Below are positions 11,614-21,840 of a stretch of DNA of 64,000 nt, piece by piece. Position numbers and translations under genes: made by a program. Below the pieces are notes generated by a model. That model was not told the DNA's origin. It saw only the letters and a list, made by a program, of their open reading frames with translations, and did not search any database. The stretch's first letter is position 1; each line of letters opens with the position of its first letter. Origin of the DNA: an uncultured archaeon (GTDB lineage: Archaea; Asgardarchaeota; Heimdallarchaeia; Heimdallarchaeales; Heimdallarchaeaceae); NCBI GenBank assembly GCA_964534625.1, contig CAZHRF010000004.1:1-64000 (forward strand), read 5' to 3'.

Positions 11614-11789
11614 AAAAATAAAACCCAAGATAGTAACATTTAGAAGAAAAATTATAATTCATAAGAAACTGTAATGATTAATAATGGATTGGAATTTTAA
11701 TCTATGAGTTGCTTGATTTCCTCAAGGTTTTTGTTATCATGTGACAAAAAATAAATAGGTTTAAACCTAAAAGTATTCAGAGTGATTAA

Positions 11790-12509
11790 ATGTTAATAAT
11801 CAATGATATACCACTGTTGGCTTTAATAATTGAATCGATAGTTTCTATTTCATCATTAACAATAGGTATAATGACTTTTCTAAAATGGCAGCAAAGGAAG
11901 AGGAAAGCTACCCTTTTTCTCTCACTTGCTATGCTTTCTTATAGCCTTGCAATAATTTTGGTTAATATAGGTCATTATCTGGATTTCTTTTCGTCACAAT
12001 ATCCCGCTATTACCTATGCTGATGTGGGACTAACACTATCTTTTGTATTTTTCTTATTTGCAAATGTTCTAACTAGATTATTTATACAAATGGTTTTTGT
12101 TGATGAAATAAAACTTGGATTTTTGGTATTCTTTGGAGTAGTTCATGGTTTGACAATTGGTTTACTTCTCTCTAATGTGTCGACAGAACCAGAATCATTT
12201 GAATCAAACCTGATTTATCTCATAATGGGGGTACTTTTACTTTTAATTGTCAATAGTCAACTGATCTTTTTTGCCTTCAAAGAGATGCAAAAAAATGAAA
12301 AAAAACTACCTAAAATAGGCTTTCTACTGATAGGTTTTTTTGGGATTTTTATTATATTGGTTTTCATTTTTATAGTGGCAGACGTCATAGCCCCAAATCC
12401 GTTTAGTATATTTTACTACTTGTCGATGTTTACGGCCATTCTAGCGATAGTTTTTGCCTACTTAGGATATATTATGCCTGATTGGTTCAAAAATTTAATT
12501 GTCAAGTAA
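11790..12509 (+). CDS. Approximately 7-TM membrane protein (paralogue of 22853-23695)
   Basis: About seven hydrophobic segments; ends GYIMPDWFK. Confidence 0.7.
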   Translation: MLIINDIPLLALIIESIVSISSLTIGIMTFLKWQQRKRKATLFLSLAMLSYSLAIILVNIGHYLDFFSSQYPAITYADVGLTLSFVFFLFANVLTRLFIQMVFVDEIKLGFLVFFGVVHGLTIGLLLSNVSTEPESFESNLIYLIMGVLLLLIVNSQLIFFAFKEMQKNEKKLPKIGFLLIGFFGIFIILVFIFIVADVIAPNPFSIFYYLSMFTAILAIVFAYLGYIMPDWFKNLIVK

Positions 12510-12620
12510 CGTCTTAGTAGTTTTCTTTTTCTTTTTCTTTTTCTTTTTGTGTTGTGATCAAAAAAGCTTACTCTGGGATAGGTGACCTTTTTAACAGCAA
12601 TGTTTTTTCTTCTTTCTTGT

Positions 12621-13508
12621 TTAATCTAATATTTTACTGACATTACTTAGTGGATCATCAAATGGGTCCTCAATTCCTGTTACTCTAAGGCTCATTTGCC
12701 ACAATTCTTTTTGTTTTTCTTCATCATATGCTATTTTATTTGCTTTTGCTTGTTTTTTCTTTTTAAAATATTTACCAGTAACATTTTCTAAATCTGGCGA
12801 TTTTGCGATATAAACAGGTGCACTAGCCCCTTCTTTCTGAGGTTTTGCAAATAATTTCAAAAAGTTCATCAGCAGTTTTAACAAGAAGCCTCCAATGTAT
12901 ATCTTAGATTTAATAAATCCCGGATGGACAGCATTGACTGTAATCCTTTTTTTCTGCAGTTTTTTTGCCAGATAAAAAGTAAACATAATGTTGTAAAGTT
13001 TTGATTGCGCATAAGCAATGACACCATTATATCTTCTGCTCTCAAAATTATAATCGCCCATTCGTATTCTCAAAAGAAGATTATTGGCAACAGAAGAGAT
13101 ATTAATGATGCGAGATCCTTCCCTCAATAATCCAGCTTGTAAAAGTAATAACGTATGAGAAAAATAGCCTAAATGATTAATGGCAAAAGTTTCTTCTAAG
13201 CCTTGTTCTGTGATTCTTTTATCGGCATTTAAAACTCCCGCATTGTTAATGACAACATCAATTCTTTCTATTTGTTGTTTGAGTATGTCAATATAAGCTC
13301 TGATAGAATCCACATAAGCAAAATCACATAAAAACAGCTCAACTTTGTCATTTTTCGAGAGTTTGATAATGTCCTTTTGTGCTTTTTCCCCCCGTTCTTT
13401 ATTTCGACAGACCATAATCACGTGAGCACCTAGACTTGCAAGTGTTAAAGAAGTAAAATAACCAATTCCTGAATTAGCCCCTGTAATCACACACGTTTTA
13501 TTTTTCAT
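12621..13508 (-). CDS. Short-chain dehydrogenase/reductase (retinol dehydrogenase-like)
   Basis: TGANSGIG, NNAG, YAQSK (YxxxK), VHPG. Confidence 0.92.
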   Translation of the reverse strand: MKNKTCVITGANSGIGYFTSLTLASLGAHVIMVCRNKERGEKAQKDIIKLSKNDKVELFLCDFAYVDSIRAYIDILKQQIERIDVVINNAGVLNADKRITEQGLEETFAINHLGYFSHTLLLLQAGLLREGSRIINISSVANNLLLRIRMGDYNFESRRYNGVIAYAQSKLYNIMFTFYLAKKLQKKRITVNAVHPGFIKSKIYIGGFLLKLLMNFLKLFAKPQKEGASAPVYIAKSPDLENVTGKYFKKKKQAKANKIAYDEEKQKELWQMSLRVTGIEDPFDDPLSNVSKILD

Positions 13509-13726
13509 TATCTCATCACCATATTACTTTGTCAATTTCATTCAAAGATGACCTTAATCTAATTAATGATGAATATTGATTAATATCAGAATTAGCTAGA
13601 AAATCTTTCTACTCTTTTTAAAGCCAGAGTGAAACATTATTATTTAGGTTAATAATCAATGTTGTGTGCGTTTGTTTGTAATAGAAAAAGGAAATATTTA
13701 TTTATTCTATCGTGTAAATTTTATCG

Positions 13727-14881
13727 ATGAAAAAAATGTTGAAACGAAAACTTGGAAAAACCAATCTTCCTGTTACAGCTTTAGGACTGGGATGTATGCG
13801 TTTACCCGTAATAGAAGAAGGTAACCCCGATATTGATCATGATGCGGCAATTAATCTTATTAGAACAGCTATAGATTCGGGGATCAATTATCTTGACACG
13901 GCATATTCCTATCATAAAGGCGAAAGTGAAATAGTTTTAGGAAAGGCTTTGAAAGATGGTTATAGAGAAAAAGTTTATGTTATTACCAAATGTCCCATAT
14001 GGCATGAAGAATTTACCGAAACCTCAGACTTTGATAGATTTTTGGATGAACAATTAGAAAAACTAGACGTCGATTACATTGATTTTTACCTTTTCCATGC
14101 TTTAAATGAAGAAAGATTCAAAGAGAGAGTTCTAAAATATAATGTTATAGAAAGAGCGTTAAAGGCTAAAGAAGAAGGAAAAATAAAACATCTCGGGTTC
14201 TCGTTTCATGACAAACCTGAAGTACTCAAAGAAATAATCGACACAGATGCATTTGATTTAGTACTAGTGCAATACAATATATTAGATAAAGCAAATGAAG
14301 AAATGATGGAATATGCCAATAAAAAGGGTATGGCAGTCGCAGTCATGGGAACAGTAGGTGGCGGAAGATTAGCAGGCGAACCCCCAGAAGACATGAAAGC
14401 GTGGTTAACAGAAGGAAGGAATAATTTTGCTGATCATGCAATAAGGTTTGTATTAAGCAACCCTAATGTAAGTGTGGCTCTATCCGGTATGAGTTCAATA
14501 GAAATGTTAGAAGATAATATAGATATCGTTTCGCAAGAGAATATTGGGGAACCATTAAGTCCTCAAGAAGGAGAAATTATCAACAATATTGCTGAAGCAT
14601 TTCAGAATAAAACTGATCTAATTTGTACTAGTTGTGGATATTGTATGCCTTGCCCAAACGAAGTAAATATAAAAGAAATTTTTCGATTCTTCATCTTACA
14701 TGATGTATATGGGCAAGAAGATAGAGCAAAGCGATATTACTCTATGATAGGTCAAGAAAAATCACCTTTTAAAGGTAAAAATGCGCTTGCTTGTATCGAA
14801 TGTGGAGAATGTGAACCAAAATGCCCACAGAAGATTCCCATTATTCAACAACTGAAAAAAGCTCATAAAACCCTTACATAA
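13727..14881 (+). CDS. Aldo/keto reductase with a C-terminal 4Fe-4S dicluster domain
   Basis: LGLGCMRLP, DTAYSYH, GFSFHD; CTSCGYCMPCP and CIECGECEPKCP. Confidence 0.92.
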   Translation: MKKMLKRKLGKTNLPVTALGLGCMRLPVIEEGNPDIDHDAAINLIRTAIDSGINYLDTAYSYHKGESEIVLGKALKDGYREKVYVITKCPIWHEEFTETSDFDRFLDEQLEKLDVDYIDFYLFHALNEERFKERVLKYNVIERALKAKEEGKIKHLGFSFHDKPEVLKEIIDTDAFDLVLVQYNILDKANEEMMEYANKKGMAVAVMGTVGGGRLAGEPPEDMKAWLTEGRNNFADHAIRFVLSNPNVSVALSGMSSIEMLEDNIDIVSQENIGEPLSPQEGEIINNIAEAFQNKTDLICTSCGYCMPCPNEVNIKEIFRFFILHDVYGQEDRAKRYYSMIGQEKSPFKGKNALACIECGECEPKCPQKIPIIQQLKKAHKTLT

Positions 14882-14894
14882 TTTAATTCAGTTT

Positions 14895-15242
14895 TTATTT
14901 TCTTTTTTTTTCTAGTATATCAGATGTTTGTGAAAAAGTATTAAGTTGAACCCCTATTTTTTCAACAGAATAGGTTTTAAGTCTAGATAATGCAGAATGC
15001 ATATTTGGATTCAATCCAAAGAGAATTTGCCTCATATCTGAAAAATTAGCTTGCCGTATTAAGATTGATTTATCAACTAGTTGCCTAACTGAATATCGAA
15101 TTGAACGAGGGTTTTTCTCTGGTAACTTGTCTATTATAGCTTTTTGTGTTAATAGATCGTCCTCTAAAAGTAGCTTTATAATTTCCATTGAGTGCTTAGG
15201 TAAACAATCTAAGTTAATAATTTTTTTAACATTTGTTACCAT
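14895..15242 (-). CDS. Winged helix-turn-helix (MarR-like) regulator
   Basis: LTQKAIIDKL...RSIRYSVRQLVDKSIL...DMRQILF, an archaeal MarR-like pattern; start moved to ATG 15242. Confidence 0.7.
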   Translation of the reverse strand: MVTNVKKIINLDCLPKHSMEIIKLLLEDDLLTQKAIIDKLPEKNPRSIRYSVRQLVDKSILIRQANFSDMRQILFGLNPNMHSALSRLKTYSVEKIGVQLNTFSQTSDILEKKRK

Positions 15243-15433
15243 AAATCTCACATTAACAATGATAGTATATACTTGTTTACTTATAGTGAGTATCAAATAT
15301 AAGTGTATGCCTTTTTTGAAGAGTAAAGGCATATTACTAGAATATGTTCAAGAAAGAAGCCCGTTTATTTGTCGTTTGTTTAAATCAAAGGACAAAAAAA
15401 AGTAAAGAAGGAACAATACTAAAAGTTTTCATC

Positions 15434-16219
15434 TTATTCGTTTTTCTTTTGAGCTATTTTTGCAGCTACAGCTCCAGCATTAACACCAGAATCAATATTG
15501 ACCACAGCTAGACCTAGAGCACAACTTTGAAGCATTGATCTGAGTGCTGTTTCACCTTTTCCTCCAAAACCATAGCCAACTGAAATAGGCAAACCTATGA
15601 CCGGTATATCTACCAATCCAGCTATAACCGTTGGTAATGCCCCTTCCATTCCCGCAGCTACAATAATTACGTCAACGTCTTGTTTGAGAAGATCCTTTAA
15701 AGGTTCAAATAAACGATGAATACCTGCAACGCCAATATCATTGACAATAACAGCTTCGGTGCCCATCAGTTCAATAACAATCTTAGCCTCCTCTGCTACA
15801 GGAATATCAGATGTACCAGCTGTAATTATGCCTACTCGCCCACCATTTGGCTTAGGACGAAGCACATACGCTTTATGTTTACACAGACAAAATTGATCCC
15901 CTGTTCCAAATTCAAGAGAATACTTATCTTGATTCTTTTTAGCGAACTCCTCAAGATGAGCAATTTGATTTTCGGTAATGCGGGATGCGAGTACTACAGG
16001 TTTCTTTAATAAAACTTTTTCAATAATTTTTATGACATGCTCAGGCGTTTTTCCTTCAGCATAAACGATTTCAGGGATTTTTGTCCGCCTTTCGCGCATA
16101 AAATCGTATTTAGCGTAATTTTCTAGGAGTAAGACCTTGTTAAAAGATAAAATTTCATCAGCTTCTTCTATAGTCATTTGTCCTTCCTTAACTTTTCTTA
16201 AAATATCTTTCCTGTCCAT
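15434..16219 (-). CDS. larB: Nickel-pincer cofactor biosynthesis protein LarB
   Basis: PEIVYAEGK, AGTSDIPVAEEA, DIGVAGIHRL, AGMEGALP, SVGYG, VVNIDSG. Confidence 0.93.
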   Translation of the reverse strand: MDRKDILRKVKEGQMTIEEADEILSFNKVLLLENYAKYDFMRERRTKIPEIVYAEGKTPEHVIKIIEKVLLKKPVVLASRITENQIAHLEEFAKKNQDKYSLEFGTGDQFCLCKHKAYVLRPKPNGGRVGIITAGTSDIPVAEEAKIVIELMGTEAVIVNDIGVAGIHRLFEPLKDLLKQDVDVIIVAAGMEGALPTVIAGLVDIPVIGLPISVGYGFGGKGETALRSMLQSCALGLAVVNIDSGVNAGAVAAKIAQKKNE

Positions 16220-16220
16220 A

Positions 16221-17447
16221 TTATTCACTCTCATAATATAGTTCTGTAAGTTTTTTTTCTAACTGTATAATAGGAATCGAGGTTAAATGAGCAATCCGCT
16301 TTACATCATCATATTCTGGTTTAACACCCACTACTTTATCGTCAATCAATCTTTCTTTGAATTTGCATTCAAAAGTTCCTCCATCTAATTGCACCTGTTT
16401 AATAATAATTCGACGATCCAATTCATACCTAGCGTGGCGATATTCTCTTACGCCAAGCGTTCCTAGTTCTTCCATCATAAAACCTGCTAATCTAGAAGAA
16501 TTTTCTTCATCAGTAATAATCCTTAAGCACCATGCAGGACGATTCTTTTTCATAAATAGAGGGTAATAGGAAACATCTAAAGCTCCTTCATTAAATAAAT
16601 CCTCAACGATACCGCCAAGAATTTCACCAGAAACATCATCTAAATGCGTTTCGAGAATAGAAATGTATTGTTTATTTAGAGATCTGGGGATGTCAGCCTT
16701 ATAAATAGTTAAGACGTTAGCTCGCTGTTCTAAGTTTTTTGTACCTGCTCCACGAGCTATCTTTTCTATTTGCATAGGAGGAAGTTGTGTTATTTTTTTG
16801 GAAACAAGAGTAGACAAAAGAATAGCCCCTGTGGGTGTTAATAGTTCTCCTTTAACCTCATCACAGAAAAATAAATAACCCGTATTTTTCAAAACCTCTT
16901 GAACAGCAGGTGGTGGAACACTTACCTTACCATGAGAGAAAGTTACAAAACCACTACCCACATTAACAGGTAAGCCAAATATAGGGAGATCAAGCATATC
17001 ATATTTATCTAATAAATAGTAAACGCCAATAATATCTAAAACAGTATCTAAACTAGCTGTCTCATGAAGATGAAGTGTTTCTATTGGTTGTCCATGGACA
17101 GTTGATTCAGCTTCTAGAAGAAGATTGAGCGTATTTTTAGATCTGGTTTTGACGCGTTCACTTACTTGTAATTTATCTAAAACTTCATCAAAAACTTTGA
17201 GCATATCAGTAGCATGATGTACATGAATATCATTTTCAATTATTATCGATAATTTAGTGGCTTGTATCCCTTTTTTCATCACTTTATTAGCCTTTATACT
17301 AATATTCGCAGAATATAGTTTGTTTAATAAGTTGACTAGTTCTTGAATGGTCTCTAAATCGTTGAATAATTCAATAAACGTAGATAAAAACATGTCACCA
17401 GAGGCACCACTAAGACGAGGATCTATTAATAACGCTTTCATTTTCAT
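16221..17447 (-). CDS. larC: Nickel-pincer cofactor biosynthesis protein LarC (Ni insertase)
   Basis: GASGDMF, AESTVHG..LHE, ELLTPTGA, ETHLDDVSGE, MKKNRP, KPEYDD; single continuous frame. Confidence 0.93.
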   Translation of the reverse strand: MKMKALLIDPRLSGASGDMFLSTFIELFNDLETIQELVNLLNKLYSANISIKANKVMKKGIQATKLSIIIENDIHVHHATDMLKVFDEVLDKLQVSERVKTRSKNTLNLLLEAESTVHGQPIETLHLHETASLDTVLDIIGVYYLLDKYDMLDLPIFGLPVNVGSGFVTFSHGKVSVPPPAVQEVLKNTGYLFFCDEVKGELLTPTGAILLSTLVSKKITQLPPMQIEKIARGAGTKNLEQRANVLTIYKADIPRSLNKQYISILETHLDDVSGEILGGIVEDLFNEGALDVSYYPLFMKKNRPAWCLRIITDEENSSRLAGFMMEELGTLGVREYRHARYELDRRIIIKQVQLDGGTFECKFKERLIDDKVVGVKPEYDDVKRIAHLTSIPIIQLEKKLTELYYESE

Positions 17448-17753
17448 TCGCCTATTTCTTTAATATCCTTACTTCCAATTATATTTGATAATTATATCGG
17501 TGTGACTTCAAGATTATTAAATCTTTATGCTAACACAAAAAATGGAGGTAAAAAACAGAAATTAAATTGGGATTAAACAATTCAACTTTTGTGAGCTAAA
17601 AAAAGACTAGGTCAATTAAACACTTATAATGTAAGGAAAAATGGCCTATTAATTTTCCCCTAAATAGTTCTAAAGCTCATATTGCCACTTGATGAAGGAT
17701 TAATAAATGGATAGAACAATAAAATATGTTAAAAAAATAAAAAAGAGGAATAA

Positions 17754-18878
17754 TTAACTTCGCCTAGTTGGTTTACCTTGATCATTCTTAACACCTTTTA
17801 CTTCAAGATATTCAATGATATCAGATCGTGTGATAATCCCCACATATTGCTGAGGACTATCTGGATCTTCAACAAACACTCTTCCAATATCCTTTTTTTT
17901 CATAATTTTAAGAGCTTCATTTGCATATTCGTCTTTCTGAACAGCTAAAACGTCAGGTTGCATCACGTCAGACACTTTAACTTTATCTCTTTTTTCTATT
18001 TCAACCGTTCGTGCGTCAGACAAGGTTATAACTCCAAGATACTGACCTTGATCATCTAAAACAAGATATCCTTGGTGCCCTTTGTTTAGTATGAAATCAA
18101 AAAACTCAAGTATCGTTAAATCAGGATCTACTGAATCAAGTTTTTTAGTCATCACATGTTTAACTTTTATGTCATCTAGTAGGTATCGAATACTAATATC
18201 TTGCAGTTCATCAACATTTGCTATATAGATCAACACAGCAACTAATAGTAATCGTAAATCAACAAAGTAACCTGAAATAGCAATAAGTAAAGCGAGAACT
18301 TTGGATACTTGAACCATTGTTTGAGTGGCATCTAAATAGGATCTATCTATAGCTAGAATAGAACGGAATAGTCTTCCAGCATCAAATGGGATGGCAGGAA
18401 CGAGTAAATTAAACCCACCTAAAATAAAAAGCATTAATGCATACATATTTAGGTAAAAATGAAGCGGATACCCAAAATAATTTTCAAACGCAACAAAATT
18501 CATTGCTCTAAAGGCAAAGCCAAGACCATAAACTATACCTCCTATGACAAAATAAGTAATAAGCCCAGATAAAGATATAAGCAACTCTTCTTTAGAATCT
18601 TCAGGCATATCTTCAACTTGGACAATGCCACCTACAGGATAAAGAATAATTTCATGTACTGGATAATCAAAGTGCTGAGATACTAAAGTACGAATGATTT
18701 CATGTAGTAACATAGCACCAATCAATCCTATAAATGCTATAACAAAAAGGATAGCTATAACATTTCCTAATAAAATTGAAACAAAAATCAAGCCCAAAAA
18801 GAGCAACCAAAAGCTCCAGTGGATAGATATTGTAATACTTTTAATTTTTGGTAAACTTAGACTCATATGTCTCACCAT
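17754..18878 (-). CDS. Site-2 protease (M50) family protein with a CBS pair; HExxH motif degenerate
   Basis: LYPVGG, ELLISLSG, FNLLVPAIPFDAGR, two CBS repeats; zinc motif reads HEIIR. Confidence 0.85.
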   Translation of the reverse strand: MVRHMSLSLPKIKSITISIHWSFWLLFLGLIFVSILLGNVIAILFVIAFIGLIGAMLLHEIIRTLVSQHFDYPVHEIILYPVGGIVQVEDMPEDSKEELLISLSGLITYFVIGGIVYGLGFAFRAMNFVAFENYFGYPLHFYLNMYALMLFILGGFNLLVPAIPFDAGRLFRSILAIDRSYLDATQTMVQVSKVLALLIAISGYFVDLRLLLVAVLIYIANVDELQDISIRYLLDDIKVKHVMTKKLDSVDPDLTILEFFDFILNKGHQGYLVLDDQGQYLGVITLSDARTVEIEKRDKVKVSDVMQPDVLAVQKDEYANEALKIMKKKDIGRVFVEDPDSPQQYVGIITRSDIIEYLEVKGVKNDQGKPTRRS

Positions 18879-19336
18879 TTAACTGTAGTTATACTTGTAT
18901 AATAAGGCATTTACACTTTATTATTGTTGGGGTTCACCGTTTTTAGAAAAATTCAAAATTAAAAAAAATTACACTAAAAGATAAAAACAGCAAAGAAGAA
19001 ACAATAATGGTTAAGAAAAAGATATTGTATCACTAGTAGAACCAAACACCGATCCAACAAGGTTGTTCAGGGAATATATCTTTATTTAGCCATTCGTCAG
19101 GTACATTGACCAGGGATACTTCAAATAATTTATCAACTGTTATGTAGCCAACAACTAATTGTGTTGTGGCTTCTTGATTTGGCTAACAGCAGCATATTCT
19201 AATGCTACAAGTAGATGATACTGCAGAAATTGTTTATTTAATACTAGTGAAGCAGAAGATGAATAGTATGACTAAAAATTTTAATCACAGAAAAATAGTT
19301 GTTAAACTTATTAAAGTAGTTTCCCACCTTCAAAAG

Positions 19337-19354
19337 AAAGGGAGTACTCCCTTT
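19337..19354. promoter_or_regulatory. Perfect 18-bp palindrome upstream of the TA operon (candidate operator)
   Basis: AAAGGGAGTACTCCCTTT, about 90 bp upstream of the antitoxin; the function is inferred. Confidence 0.5.
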
Positions 19355-19444
19355 TGAATGGATCCAAAGAGCATACTCCCCTTATATCTGCTAAATTTGA
19401 ACAAAGAATAGTCACCAGAATAAGATTTATATTTCTGTTAAATA

Positions 19445-19705
19445 TTGTATACTCGGGTGAGACAAATCATTATTGATGAAGGGAAAGTTGGATCTAAAGG
19501 AGAATTGTATCCATCAAAAAAGATTCGTAAAGCTGCAGGTCTTAAAAAGCATATGAAAGTTCGCTATATAGTCATTAATGGGCGCTTAATTATAGAGAGG
19601 ATAATGAATCCAATAGAACTTCTTGAAAAAGAACCCAAAGTTACTATTACCTATGATGAGCATAAACAAGACAGGAAGGAACTATCTAAGGTGCTTGAAA
19701 AATGA
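19445..19705 (+). CDS. AbrB/MazE/SpoVT-type antitoxin
   Basis: KVGSKGELYPSKKIRKAAGL..KVRY..GRLIIE swapped-hairpin pattern; ATGA overlap with the PIN gene. Confidence 0.8.
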   Translation: MYTRVRQIIIDEGKVGSKGELYPSKKIRKAAGLKKHMKVRYIVINGRLIIERIMNPIELLEKEPKVTITYDEHKQDRKELSKVLEK

Positions 19706-20169
19706 AAGTTTTTTTGGATTCAACATATTTTTTTCCATTAATACAAGTCAACATCAAGGGGGTAGATTCTCTTTTTTTAAAAAAATTAACGCAAAAAAAA
19801 GAGTTCAATCTCTTTTATTCTCCAATTACGATATTTGAAATGTCAGCAAAAGGAGCTAAATTAATTATGAATGATAAAATAACCAGTCATGAGGTAAAAG
19901 AAGGTATTAATTCACTACTTAACTGGAAAGACTTGCAACAAGGTTCACCTTGGATAGGAGAGATCCAAAACCTAGCTTTTCAATTTCGTGAAACTCATTC
20001 TGATTACATAGATTGTCTTATAGTAGCCAGTGCGGTATTTTATTCGGATACTTTAATAACAGAAGATCATTTATTAACAAAATACATCAAAAATGAATGG
20101 AAAATTTCCATTAAGAAACTGAATGAAAACTTTAAGGTAAATAACTCCAAAATAATTTTGAAGCCATAA
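19702..20169 (+). CDS. PIN-domain (VapC-like) toxin
   Basis: VFLDST, SPITIFE, DYIDCLIVASA, LITED: acidic PIN catalytic residues. Confidence 0.88.
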   Translation: MKVFLDSTYFFPLIQVNIKGVDSLFLKKLTQKKEFNLFYSPITIFEMSAKGAKLIMNDKITSHEVKEGINSLLNWKDLQQGSPWIGEIQNLAFQFRETHSDYIDCLIVASAVFYSDTLITEDHLLTKYIKNEWKISIKKLNENFKVNNSKIILKP

Positions 20170-20356
20170 ACTGCCACAACTCTCATACCTTTCTCTCTAG
20201 ATTCATCTAGTTAAAGTGCACATTCATGTTTATAGGTAAAAAATGGGAGAAAAAAGTTCTAATCTCATTCAAGACAAAGATATCTCTTCCATTTTTAATG
20301 AAGCAAGAAAACTCAGGAAAAATTTATGATAGTTTAAATCAAAAAAACTTTGGTTT

Positions 20357-21163
20357 TTATTTCCCTATTAATCTGTTCATTTTTCCTTGAGAATACCCTT
20401 CCAGATCTACTGAAATGTATTTGAATCCAAGTTCTCTCAGTTTTTCAACAATTTGAGATCTAATGGTAGATGATAAAAGTTTAGCAACATTTTGGGGGAG
20501 TAATTCTATTCTAGCTATATCACCCTTATGATACCTTACCCGTATAATTTCAACGTTTAATATCTCTTTCACAAACATTTCAGCTTGTTCAATTCTTTCC
20601 AAGAGATCACGAGTAATTGTTTTTCCATATTCTACACGGGTAGCTAAACAAGTTGTTGGGGCTTTTGTTATACTTTTCAAATCCAGATCATCAGCTATCT
20701 TTCTTATGATATCTTTACTTATTTCCAGTTCAAGGAAAGGACTTCGAATGCCCAACTCTTTTATTGCTTTCATACCGGGTCGATAATCATCCAAATCGGA
20801 GAGATTAGAACCCTCAATGAATAAATCATAAGAAAGATTTGTAACGCGATTTATCATTGCTCTAAACAGCTCTTTTTTACAATAATAACAACGATTTTTA
20901 GTATTGTTGACCACTTGTGAATTTTTCAAAAGATTTACTTCTACAACATAATACACTACATTTTTCTGATCTAAATAGTATATAGCTTGCTCAAATTCAT
21001 GATTATGAAGAAAGTTTGAACGGGCTATAACAGCTGTAACAGTTTCAGCAAATTTTAAAGACAATTGTAATAAAACAGTAGAATCTAATCCACCTGAAAA
21101 AGCTAGGATAACTCTTTTATTTTTAAAATACTGCTTGAATGCATTGTATGTTGCTTTAAGCAT
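20357..21163 (-). CDS. larE: ATP-dependent sulfur transferase LarE
   Basis: PP-loop AFSGGLDS, RCYYCK, DDYRPG, CLATRV, RVRYH. Confidence 0.92.
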   Translation of the reverse strand: MLKATYNAFKQYFKNKRVILAFSGGLDSTVLLQLSLKFAETVTAVIARSNFLHNHEFEQAIYYLDQKNVVYYVVEVNLLKNSQVVNNTKNRCYYCKKELFRAMINRVTNLSYDLFIEGSNLSDLDDYRPGMKAIKELGIRSPFLELEISKDIIRKIADDLDLKSITKAPTTCLATRVEYGKTITRDLLERIEQAEMFVKEILNVEIIRVRYHKGDIARIELLPQNVAKLLSSTIRSQIVEKLRELGFKYISVDLEGYSQGKMNRLIGK

Positions 21164-21391
21164 AATGGACTTTTGTTAAAATTCCTTTAAAAGATATTGG
21201 AATAAAACTTGACAAAGAAAAACATATTATACAAAAAAGAAGAAAAAGTAAAATATCCGTTTATTTGATTCTTACGCTTAAAAATTCAATTTAAGGTATA
21301 TATACACATCTGAAGCGATGAAACCTAGTATTTATAAATAACGGTTGAGTAACATAATTGAAACTGAAAAAATAATAATGGAGATAATTTC

Positions 21392-21631
21392 ATGAAAGGA
21401 AAAATCAAAAAACTCATTACTCATCGTGGATACGGATTCATCGATACTGAAGAACAAGAAGAAGATCTTTTTTTCCATCGCTCACAGCTAGATTCTGCCA
21501 AATTTGACGAACTACGTGAAGGAGATGTTGTTGAATTCGAAATTGAACAGACTGAAAAAGGACCTCAGGCTACACAAATTAAAGTTACTGAGAAAGCAGA
21601 ACCCTCTACAGATAATCTATATGGGTACTAA
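21392..21631 (+). CDS. Cold-shock domain protein
   Basis: RGYGFI (RNP1), LFFHRS (RNP2), VEFEIEQTEKGPQA; GGAG ribosome-binding site upstream. Confidence 0.93.
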   Translation: MKGKIKKLITHRGYGFIDTEEQEEDLFFHRSQLDSAKFDELREGDVVEFEIEQTEKGPQATQIKVTEKAEPSTDNLYGY

Positions 21632-21840
21632 AAAAAAAGAGCATAAGTATAGTATAAAGGTAAACCATTAAATCTACTTTAAATCAATGTATTAAGGTTC
21701 ATTAACTCATCTTTTTATTCTCTTTTTTTTCTATATCAATTTTTTATTCTCCTTTTTTTGTTTACATAAATCTTAAAAGTTCTAATTATTATCGTAATCT
21801 TAGTAAATAATTATTATAATTGTAATAGGAATAGAATACT

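Noticed and set aside
11790-12509. Rhodopsin call for the 7TM proteins
   Set aside because: No retinal-binding lysine in the last helix of either paralogue.
16221-17447. Programmed frameshift in larC
   Set aside because: The ORF is continuous through both the LarC1- and LarC2-like parts.
19030-19270. Coding-like fragments between the M50 gene and the TA pair
   Set aside because: Short stop-interrupted frames that I could not assign to any family.
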